From the NCBI GenBank assembly GCA_045599445.1, contig JAZRWB010000027.1, positions 1,344 through 65,343 of the forward strand: a DNA stretch of 64,000 bases. Direction: 5' to 3'. A program made the position numbers and the translations under genes. Under the pieces are notes generated by a model that did no database searches, was not told the DNA's origin, and worked only from the letters and a program-made list of their open reading frames with translations. Within the stretch, counting starts at the first letter, position 1. Each line of letters starts with the position of its first letter. Shown here in pieces: positions 39,301-45,800 of the stretch. Source of the DNA: Kiritimatiellia bacterium. GTDB taxonomy: Bacteria > Verrucomicrobiota > Kiritimatiellia > RFP12 > UBA1067.

Positions 39301-39448
39301 GATCGGGCGAACTGTAGGGATTTTTGTCAATTTTGCCCGTATTCAAATTCCACGACCGAATCTCGTAGATCGAGTCGATGGTCTCGGCCTTCGCCCACAT
39401 CGCAAGCGCGAACACGGCGAAAAACGTCAAGCACTTGTTCATCTTCAT
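27335..39448 (-). CDS. Giant secreted protein (4037 aa) with a LamG/concanavalin-like domain and at least 15 thrombospondin-type-3-like Ca-binding motifs
   Basis: Signal peptide MKMNKCLTFFAVFALAMWAKA. DxDxDG motifs are spread over ~27890-35331 (DTDKDGLPDGYEYW, DSDGDGMPDGWEVLRGLNP, DTDGDGVPDGWELYVGLDP, DSDDDGMDDYWELYHGLNP, DTDQDGLPDAWEW and others). The LamG-like region is ~31270-31935 (FTVECWVKPE, WSHVALSYDGVELCLYVNGEE, YVSEVRIWDGARAGDAI). The rest I cannot assign by eye. Confidence 0.85.
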   Translation of the reverse strand: MKMNKCLTFFAVFALAMWAKAETIDSIYEIRSWNLNTGKIDKNPYSSPDQPIGGPGVGDPDPEFAFVVRLFNAKWDSGVPLENTEPWVFKYTGLGSEATAEVLFPPTIGIVIGGRTEDAVLDRWPHDMKSVGAPGLTQMVFKYTAQPGDLALPVLLACDGEGHAIGTDDTKPEIYLWGDWALTNASGDSARLVFYQDWKRSMSQPEGVEALTTNTDLAESGFYIKNIDFKDHNDSSRWYEAGTAWRGIHKNSTESEPFAAEIVATGIPKRDSPVVYVWSDNEDLITLEDADGTEQVEMVNPADPSGKVTRWVYACKFTSSGLTQKIPAKAKVDSGSTILYLSPTKGFRTLGTGEVDPKGYLAIPVACIAELAPNVEIESSREAVIVPAASDTNFKPVAEINVKVAPGYTGDTLTLTVTPEISGVAGLDKLGEYVRISDSDGVGAWSSAGASWTKQYTDAATIFAGFTQKLYIYALGADNKTAEGNFSSQGVIFKPSVDPTAASHFSGGYKNAQVYFNFESPKLTTETPEKNAVGGADVAFDLMVADNYKNINDSTGYQIYYQKDGDPDADLDSNSWTDLGGRWGVDLSSRKLYKIEEGVLTTKRPSLKYAAGDYNTSFYLRAPTDNSIRSLPLSIKVHVSEPAQISAQISPDNMTFADTGTYEEGKDVYVKFTLTKPYQDDTGKSCYAFLEPLDEATSNSVSGAMIIGKRGEDDEGVEIENGKAESIIDPIYSFKLLDGKTPSTRLSFKIVLCKPTEDDGKGTYSKDRIIGGYNSNNLRFYSTNVIPTVGRVYMGSNYVDSNLDTMHDQKLNPVSVPKGVKKVFTFKINEPSDIDRTAKDESAVKPEDDKKIFVLRYSIVEGKNGKETVEEAFVYGNPNDSAKFKIEHTFTIAGDALVKVQVADKDMRDADGNVPWTDEEAIVPFYFYVKVASQPYISIVDAAEEQTIDGREFLETDLGFKLRLKLSEVQDVALPVEVRVTPLGTGTNPGKLEFAGLTSKGKEGNVDIYTGTIAAQGDEESPMDGRLQFTFKDLDGTSESRQNGFKIEAKVVDDPNKTEAENKNSDDKKWSDYYASAEATVYINNVAPVIVISPASLGAYTSATNAAPKAPTSITWNVTQEAADDLSTGLEYTWSVNGKVQSTAGAKVMDKTTQTFTPTYDSPGVVDIVLTVKDKDDETVDGVRNGYYEQTWYVTVAATKSLTTIAHGPSAGIATSSLSKYYNTAKGLGEGYVWADGSLDRVRSFELQWNMGSKELAEVVAVGYKKGHTSSKQDDKYEIALNDKGSEKGESETAYSYPGDKDSYFYAWLRATKSDSGVESAIYGGLSPEKAGETPTPSPVYLPTEKGQDDLGYEATTMEAIFSKEYRVADNCGDINQDGIPDLAVVEYGFGIADKNKVTGDDLADVSAYNDDEDFLPGKSSSGNSLVPNVSNNWETVGGAFNAFLEIRGFGEGLNARYPNADESLPDRDFTIYEEMAFRTYYNETEAKEDESLKVPVATEDMKALAALNEEQANALTAFWKDENRCKWTPENPTSPIEADTDKDGLPDGYEYWFWYGATVGYPNGEGKWQELMKGYKFNEDDVEKEEIPAADVALAFNPTVPGVAEGNEATRGTLRSRDFDNDGLTDFEEFLIGTNPINCDSDGDGMPDGWEVLRGLNPLSNEEVSPSLTNPDGDFMAVATLEMYEYIDGIKVPGLGTAFVEWDEGDTHKVYVCPDRSIAAFAGNEAALMAKGSFRGAHLGDGDRDKLFFTMNVNGAAKTIPRTRALQCAKVSIPATATSLTVYIDFFTDYTIIHDQVYAYLGFDPRTAWYSDSVGCLGVRWHSKGGLAGMAENTTPYYTIDEFLLFKYRKATGAFTDKDKIMDKFQANTTNPSKPYSKTYGDMESEYANERHGADTDGDGVPDGWELYVGLDPNNAQDANPDTDDDTLRSPLEFAGTDSTIAYKDCESIYANKGAVWPNKFFPTDPNNADTDGDGIEEGMQAGQEGGQWLDVFYDGRETYGTLHKFTFNYDNSYDTEADQSTICFRGGGMNPCAVDTDFDGLPDPWEMQFAGIVVDGAGNVMFNNAAEYTERLKIADGLFNARMVPTGADDEGVGDNGNGYYIIGGMDATHGLDAFTDYTGSIIDSRTHTFRDYDFDGDGLQNWQEYLVQAVRSFRYDDAETPLNGRVVWWLGDEDALPTIGPMPTAAEEEEEEIEPGDVAVSPRASKDAAGGVAGYEYPQFDYCDVDAYKLAVFGDEMMPNSMVNIYNDPQNLYAANGEEWDWAALGYMAPAPNVWDPCNIYMFGKIMLPPTALMRYVTESLFPANLGQKRIEAATYVSTDPRRWDSDDDGMDDYWELYHGLNPIYGGSGSDIIADAYGLISADMNAWNEFGNTAPSLDFEKYPWLAGDPIGDPDGDKLRNFEEAINGNLTSPTTKHTDPSPLWMTEPTALLSVTRQSYGYLAGLGAYGWLPSTTDDDGMFAYSFERNEGFDTDNDWTTDSIEVTKGVIGATDPLVGSDPYHRSAIHFDGAGAAYQRTPVEFNNSYDMFRQFTVECWVKPEAKGGTILERGSTYDPATAGDIQGETHWRANFRLELTAEGKVRGLFDSSAAVESGTVGVNTGCAIESPSELPLNQWSHVALSYDGVELCLYVNGEETVRTATSLVPANGVVTFLQDPTSTNSYPSASFVANPGAFVIGARHILDPMEFPVVETLGTYLKDFFAGYVSEVRIWDGARAGDAIKSEYTKAYTDEDVAANRDEIYAAWQKNGERNDNATTAGKQVLPPQLIQHYNFSSLPGAVAAGDVAKTPNDFGVDPKVNDGDNEGYQIPQWWADNDGTVKSAVYTDYRLVPWIENTVTHLKRFDGSFADSLFWAENRANYAPSSTVGFDSYAIPNGGNPYGFGALGDELGMRLRKTVQLAGAYPAFDEAVMKIRFEARYGFVGNSDLVPLGDAWAKRDVDYWDGQGAMTAWTQTGADLNGNGIPDWYETLYPGKTGEEYMRDLVAGLMPDGTQNPDFRDKADFNGNGLPDWWEQIYGISGQNGHTDSDKDGLSNYVEYLLNEVYTIPGTSFDPINPKTNGYVPDAYAKLGRLYIADVFTDHDHMDDTWEVKFGNLAAVSPYVYDANKDADGDGWTNYAEFQADTDPTKNASLAIDGIEVAQYPVPIIEASITYLGEQNVNCPIVVQAWNCADEKSRTFQSIPDAKWTIGEVNADNDNRTTSNTNGMAKTKFVGMNPGREVMTHLSPGSVVAGSFKLECKDPGWVAVDIITGQGYIYGADTATWEESAHDKMRNDGSGKGDIVLWHKDETGRDIVLGEINYATGAVTLDFTALPEYMDFAYNLADPTDASRWSVYTYANCYMRFSWLSKPVTAGKTAVYYLGDADPRSETNNSVGHIREGKNNFIVFADTIQANGKYDPGEPFGIAYGVDVGWNYGKLAIELTDTNPVFARYQATTGLTDRQVIRSDTGDVIDSVSSGAAVDATTHWVRAYMTAVKMNGAEEAENVYINGYKVMDKVIDFSESGRDYLHEGDILDPDKGIYDIGWGIIPEGAANADTAEAIFSIILGNAQIDDSVNGTKTGITDIANSTNATILAQSIVRRYDSYALRKVPTPVAPGGTSDGVVYSARPVFKWTDNGYNSYTAFQIEVSGDDGFVWNSGIQLMPARGADGYYTWVAPICVGDITPGSKVFANDKTYNWKITSLNAKFRQPKWSATATFRMNVPEDQLDYGTIEVAVKYFGHPDVLTGGTVRVEAFDTPDFSGLSASAGYVKTEDKNSVSSTTTAPAKNASIIGLTEGSYYVMAYIDTNNNGKRDNWESWGYACVRDQRDGIIYTSKSIKVGPKVGTHNLVTVYIDDCDTDQDGLPDAWEWKKSGNLTANGAAELDPRTAGSYVSMKDLVGTLDDTSKKNEAASGLATLMSTSLGNANLLAAMMNLDVGEGEDPNDAIIKATTDAKIAEHSLSIANFEVVDGKAKFKVVADVESAATDSELAVFYTFPAVENLTVEYRILKYTSLAAKPIVAKEGTITLGKTEAVIEMPLAEEDATGAMYQIKVFQK

Positions 39449-39460
39449 AATACGTATCCT

Positions 39461-39838
39461 TTACTTTGAAGTTTCCGTTGAAATTTTCTTCTTGTCCTCG
39501 AGCTCCTTGAGGATGCGCGCCCGAACGATCGCCCGGTTTTCCAGTCGATTTTTCTCGATCTCATCGTTCAGCGCTTCGATCTCCGCTTTGAGCTTCTTCC
39601 ATTCTTCGCTTTCGGTCTTGCCGTCCGCCTCCAACTTCTCCATCTTCACCACCAACGGAGAGCGTTTCGATGCCAACTTGCGGAATCTCTCCATTTGATT
39701 GGACAGTGCCGCCTGATACTGCGGATCGTCCATTCGATCGGGATAGACCCTCTCCGGTTCTCCGTTATCGCCGCAACCGCTCGCTCCAAAGAGCAAGCAA
39801 ATCGCCGCGACATAGGGAATTATATCATATTTCTTCAT
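39461..39838 (-). CDS. Small lipoprotein (125 aa), coiled-coil rich
   Basis: MKKYDIIPYVAAICLLFGASGC carries a lipobox (ASG|C). The mature part is charged and helical (EEWKKLKAEIEALNDEIEKNRLENRAIVRARILKELEDKKK). It lies 4 nt after the 2800-aa gene stop and 12 nt before the 4037-aa gene start. Confidence 0.75.
   Translation of the reverse strand: MKKYDIIPYVAAICLLFGASGCGDNGEPERVYPDRMDDPQYQAALSNQMERFRKLASKRSPLVVKMEKLEADGKTESEEWKKLKAEIEALNDEIEKNRLENRAIVRARILKELEDKKKISTETSK
39819..39827 (-). promoter_or_regulatory. Intragenic extended -10 box TGATATAAT inside the lipoprotein gene
   Basis: The minus strand reads TGATATAAT (39827..39819). It is encoded by codons 4-7, TAT GAT ATA ATT (YDII). It lies 370 nt upstream of the 4037-aa gene start. 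Confidence 0.35.
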
Positions 39839-39842
39839 TGCT

Positions 39843-42800
39843 TTATTCACTTTTATCCGATTTCTCCGAATTCTCCGGAACGTAAACCGGGTTTTCCGGC
39901 TTGAGCGTTCCGATTCCGTACGGGCCCAGTTTCGTGTTGATGTTAAAGCCGTGCCATACCGGCGCTTTGCCACGCCACACTCCCCAGTTCTCGCTCCAGC
40001 CCGGCGAGTAGCGGGAATACGGATCGATTATTTCGATCATCGACTGGAACTCCTTCTCGTGGCCAGCCGGATAGAACGAACCCTCGTCGAAGACGAACCA
40101 CCTTAGAGGTATGCTCCCGATGTTGTACGGAAGTCCGTTCGCCAAATAACCAGTTGCCTTAAAGGTAACGCTCGTCCAGACCGAAATCTCCCCGGCAATA
40201 TAATCCCACGAGGTCTTGCCGGGATCCAGCGAGCGCAATACATAGGGCGCCCTGGGCGCCGCCTTCTCGCTCCGATTGGTAATGCACATGTACACGCTGA
40301 ACGAAACATTCGTCAACACATCGCCAATCGGGTCGTCGTCGACTTCGCCTACGGGTATTGGAAAAGGACACTTGGCAAAACCCGCTTTCAACGCCCAGCC
40401 CGCCTGGAACGGATTAATATCAAGCCAATACATTTCGGTCAAGGTGAGATCACGACACTTGCTATCGTCCTTCTTCCTAATGAGCTCCGCAATATAAATC
40501 CGCGAGTCTTCGTCGTCGGTCTCGAATTTGTCGCCGTACGCATTCGTTCCCCTGTTCAACCAATCCACAATCGCCGGGCGATAGGGATCGTCCGGCTCGA
40601 CGTATTCGTCGAGTCGGCTGTCGAAGCGGGTTTTGGCCACTACCGTAACATCGCCACTGGCGTTGCGCCCGACCGGAACTTTCACCGTTCCGCGGCGCAT
40701 CGCCGGCAATTCGAGCGGCACGCCGTTGGCGATAACCGAATCGAGTTCGTACCACGGCTCGACGCGATAGACGATATTCGTACCCGTTTCGGAATTTCGC
40801 GGAACGACCATCATCAGCGTTTCGACGGTGGACTCGCTCGTACCATCGCTTTGGGTGAAGTGGCCGGGGTCTTGATCAAGCCGAGCGTAAACGAGAATCG
40901 TCGATCCGATCGGCGTCGGGTGGTTGGGGTCGATCGTCTGGCCCTCGTTCTTAAAGCCCGGAGTGCGCTTCGGCGTATTCGACCAGTTCGCGGCGACGCC
41001 GCCGTTCGCGGCGAGCACGCTGAGCGAATGGTCGCCGTCGAGACTGTCGTCGCCGGCATCGAACCACTTGCCCTCCGCTTCCGCCTCATTCAGCAGCTTC
41101 ACCGCGCGTTCGGCGGAATAGTCGTACTCGTAGCTGGTGCCGGTGAAGATGTTGGTGCCTTCCAAAACGATTTCGTGCTCGATTACCCCGCTCTTGCGTA
41201 CGAGCCGAATCGCCAGCGGTTGGTCATCCGCCGCTATCCGCTGATCGCGGGTAAATGTAAGATCGTTCTCCACCAGATTCCAAACGCCGTCGACATCGTA
41301 TCCGGACTCGAGAATGCTCGTTTTCGACTTGGGGCCGGCGACCGACAGGAACACGCAACTCGAATCTTCGTGCGTCGACTTCGAGGCGGGCGCCTGACCG
41401 GCGGCCAACGACTTCGACGGATCGGCGAGCTTGACGAATCGACACGCCGTATTGGTAATACCGTGCTGGGAAATGAATTGCACCTTCCAATCCGCGATCG
41501 ACGCCTCGCGCGGAATGGCCACCTCCACGAACTGGTAATCCTGATCCTTGTTGTTCCAGTTCTGGTAGCCGCCGAAAATGTTCACCTCGTTAATCCACGC
41601 CCAACCCGGGCTCACCGAGTCGAGAATCGTGTAGGCGGCGAACGAACCGTAACTGCGGAACTGCTCGTTGTAATCGACGCCCGCGTACCACCGCGGCTTG
41701 ATCCAGTTGCCCTTCTTCAAAAGCGTCCGCACCACCGAATCGGATTCCTTGGTGTAATACTCGGCTTCCAGCATGTACTGCACCGGCAGTCCCTCCTCCT
41801 GGCGCTCGTTGGGCCGAACCACCGATTCGGGATCGCCGGAATAGGAGCTACGGAAGAAGAGCGGCTTGTCCTCGCACTCCGTCAGATACGCGCTCTTGGC
41901 CTTCGCGCGCCAGTTGTCGAAGCCCCAAGGTTCAACACCGTCGTACCAGTAGAGCTTGACCTTGACGCCACGCTTGAAATCCACTTCATCCGGCAACTGC
42001 GCGGCATAGACCTCGGTCTGAACGCCCCAGCATTCGCCGAACAGCGGCTGCTCCTCGGGATGATCGTACTTGTCGCTGTAATTAAGACCGTCCAAATCGC
42101 TGCGGAAGGCGAAGATTTCGCGGAAGGCGAGCGTCGGCCGCACCGCCTCGCAAACCATTACTTCGTCGAACGCTACCCGCACGGGAGAATCCGGCCTCGG
42201 ATCGTCGGCATCGCCGATTTCCTTCGCATCCTTCACCCCGACCACCATAAAGCGCAGCGAACGATAGTTCTGGTTGGGATCGGTGCGATAGGTGTAGGTG
42301 TGGTAAAGATTGTCGGTGATGTCGAAGTGGGTCACGTATTCCCACTGGCTATCGTCGCCGAGCGCGCCGTTCGCGGCGCCGTAGACGGTAATTCGCGCGG
42401 TTTCGCCCTTGGTAACGTCGTACCTCCGCGCCTTGAAGGAAACCTCGCCCACTTCCGCGTCCGAGAACGTCGGAGTCTGCACGAACGGCTGGTGTTCCTT
42501 GTAGGCGGCCTCCTCCTCGTAGATTGTGTCGCTGTAAACGGAATTGTTCAGGGCGACGGACATCCCCGAATCGCCCAACGATCCTCCGCCGGCGGCAAAG
42601 TCGGAAAGATACATGAGCTTGGCGTCGCCCTCGCTCCGCAAATCGGCGGAAGTGCGCAAATTCCATCCCCACCAGCAGGAAGTGTCCACCGCCGGCTCGT
42701 CGCGACAGAATACCCGGGTTATGAAGACCTGTCCGAACTCGGGATCAAACTCCGTCATTTCATTGGCGGCGGCGATCGTTTCCGGCGCTACCACAAGTCG

Positions 42801-45800
42801 CATCACTCCGACTACGTCGTGCATGCCGAGGTAGTGCGAGCAGACGCCGTTCTTCGGCAAATCCGCAAACACGAATTCGGCGACGTTGGTCCAGTTAACG
42901 CTATTCGCGCTCTCCTTCGTAAGCGACGGGAGGTTCAGCGCTTGCACATTGTTGGTAGCGACTTGCAAGATCAACTTGGCGTTGACATTGGCGTTGGTAT
43001 ACGCGAAAGCGAACATCCCGAGACCCTTGCCGCGCGGGATTTTCGTAGGACTGCCCTCGAATCCGTCCATTAAGGGCGAGCGAATCGACGCGACCGCGTT
43101 TTTGGTCGCGGTGCGCATCGGCGAAAGCTCGATACTACGAGTGGAATTGCCGCTTTCGTCGGTCGCCTCGTGCACCCATGCCGAAGTGAAGACGAAATTC
43201 GTAGGCGAGCCGTCGTCCGCCGCCTTGAATGAACTGTCCTCGGTGTAGTCCTCGCCCAACCACTGGGTAAACTCCACATCGTCCAACACGACGTCCGTCT
43301 TGGCGTCGTCGATGGAGCCGCCGTGCGACAGCCGCAACGCCGCATTCTGACGAATGTAAAGCGGAACCGTTATCCGCTTCGACTTGACGAACGTGGAGAC
43401 TTCGACATTGGTAATCGTCGTCCACTCCGAACGATCGACTGGCGACCACTGCACCGAAATCGGCTGCGGAATGCAATCGGCGGTAATGCCCCAATTGCGA
43501 TCTACGTCGTTGACGTGGTAGCAGCCGTCGGCAAGCGCCCAATATCCGGCGATTAAGTTGTCCTTCTCCGATTTCGACGAGCCGTTGAAGGTTACCGCCG
43601 CGTCGTCGTGCGCGGAGAAGTGGTTCTTCCCCAACGAGGGATTGAGCCAGGTAACCGAAGAGTTGTACACGCGCGGCGATTTGAAAATCGCCGGGCAATT
43701 CGCCGAAGCGACGCCGAAAGTTCCCTTGCCGAGCGGATTGTCGCCGTCCCAATAGCAAACGTTGATCCAGTTTCCGTCCGGCACCGAATCGACGGAGAAC
43801 GCTTGACGACCTCTCGAAACGCCGGCCTGAATCTTCACGCTGCCGTCGCTTTGGCGATCGACGGAGATGTACATCGCGGCGTACTGATTGTCGTATTTCT
43901 TGAACGGTACGTTGGTACTGTAGGCGAACGACAGCTCCCGCGCGCCATTGGACAGCGAAATCGCCTTGCAAGTGCCGTTCTTGTAGACCCACTTGAACAG
44001 TTCGTAGGCGATGGTGTTGTCGCGACGACGGGTGATGCGAAATTCGTAGCATCCGGTAACCGGGCGGTAGTTCGCAACCACCGAAAGCTGCCCCGCGCCG
44101 TCGAAATCGTCCTTGTTCACGCTGCTCTTCCAATCGAAATCGGACATCGCCATTTGGGTAACGAAGGTGTATTTCGTCTGCTCGGTATAGTTCGGGGCGT
44201 AGTCGTAGGCGATGTTGTTGAATAGAATCGACTGCGCGACTCGCGCGGCAAACGAAACCTCGCCCAATCCACGCGGCGAAACCGCCGCCGTGCGGAACTC
44301 CAGCGACCCCTTGCCCTGGCCGTCCATCTGGAAAGCCATGCCGGTGTCCTTGAACTTTTCGTGCACCCACATACCCTGATTCGCCGTCCAGCCGTTCGGC
44401 GTTCGCGCGGTAATGAACGGCTCGTATCCCGGCCAACCGACATCCCCGATTTCTTCGGCGAAGCTTTCGCGCCAGTAGTCGCTATCCGCGACGCAAGGAA
44501 TGCGGGCGGAGAATTCGTCTTCGAACGATTTCATGCCGTGCGACACGCCGCTACGCCCCTCGGTTTCGGAGTGGCCCACGAATATCTCCTCTTGCTTGTT
44601 CGCGTCGTTCCAACCGTTGAAGTTCTGGTAATCGGCGCGGGTGACGGTAAGCGACTTGCCCTCTTCGTCGACGATGAACAGCAAATGTCCCGTTGCCGCG
44701 GTACACTCCACCTTCGACCATTCGGTAACCCCTCCGGGGACGAGCGGCGCGCTCTTTACGGCCACCAAATCCGGCAAATCGTAATCCGCCTTCCAGCGAT
44801 AGGCCTCGAAGTCCGCGATTTCCGGATTCCACCTGACCGCCTCCAAGCGAAACTCCAAACCCTCCGCAATCTGCTCGGTAGTCCGCACATAACCGCGCCA
44901 TTGATGATCGTTGGCTACCGCCAACTCCGTAGTCGTCTCCGGAGAACCCTCGCCCTTGCGAGTCAATACCCTAATCCACTCGTAGTCGCTCTTGCCCTCG
45001 CGCAGCCGCACGAACCAATCCGTTCCCTTGGTCGGATAGACGTTTTCGGCTACTTCCGCGCGATTGGTGACCGCGCCGATCTCCTCGGTGTAGTCGGAAA
45101 AGCCGAGATTAAGGCCGGTGTAATCGACGTAGTTATAATATGGCGCTTGAATGTCGGCGGAGAAATAGAACTCCACGTCGCCGACCTCGTTCGGCAACGC
45201 CAGCGGCTCGGTCGACTTGAAGTCGTCGTCGGGATTCAGGAACACCGTCTGCCAATCATTCGTCGCCTGATTCAAATAGCGCCAGCGGTAATGCATCCGG
45301 GCGGTGGAAACAAACGCGCTTACATCGGCACTGATGCCGCCGGCGGTGTGGTAAACGGGTTTCGCCTTCGCGATAATCTCGTCGGTCGCCGCCGGATATT
45401 GCGGGATAAAGGAACCCGCGTAGCCGAGAATGGACTTGCCGCTACGAGTGTAGTCAAACTCGCCGGTCGGCTTCAACTCCACGCCCATCGCCGGATAGGA
45501 AGCGAGAACGTTGTCGAGGAGAATCAGCGCCTTGCCGTCGGGATTGGCCGCGCGTTCCGCGTCGATGGAAACGCGACGAATGCGGAAACGCGCCTTCCCG
45601 TACTCGCCGACGGGAACGTAAACGCGATAAAAGTTCTTCATCGTGCCGCCATTGGTGATGTCGAGATCAAGAATTTCCCTTTCCGGCAATTCTTCGTCGA
45701 TCTTCCCGTCCACAATCCTCACCGGTCGCATCTTAAGGGGCTGCCAAAGGTCTGACTCGTCCGTCACAAATTCGGCTTCGCTGCCGAGCACCGCTTCGAC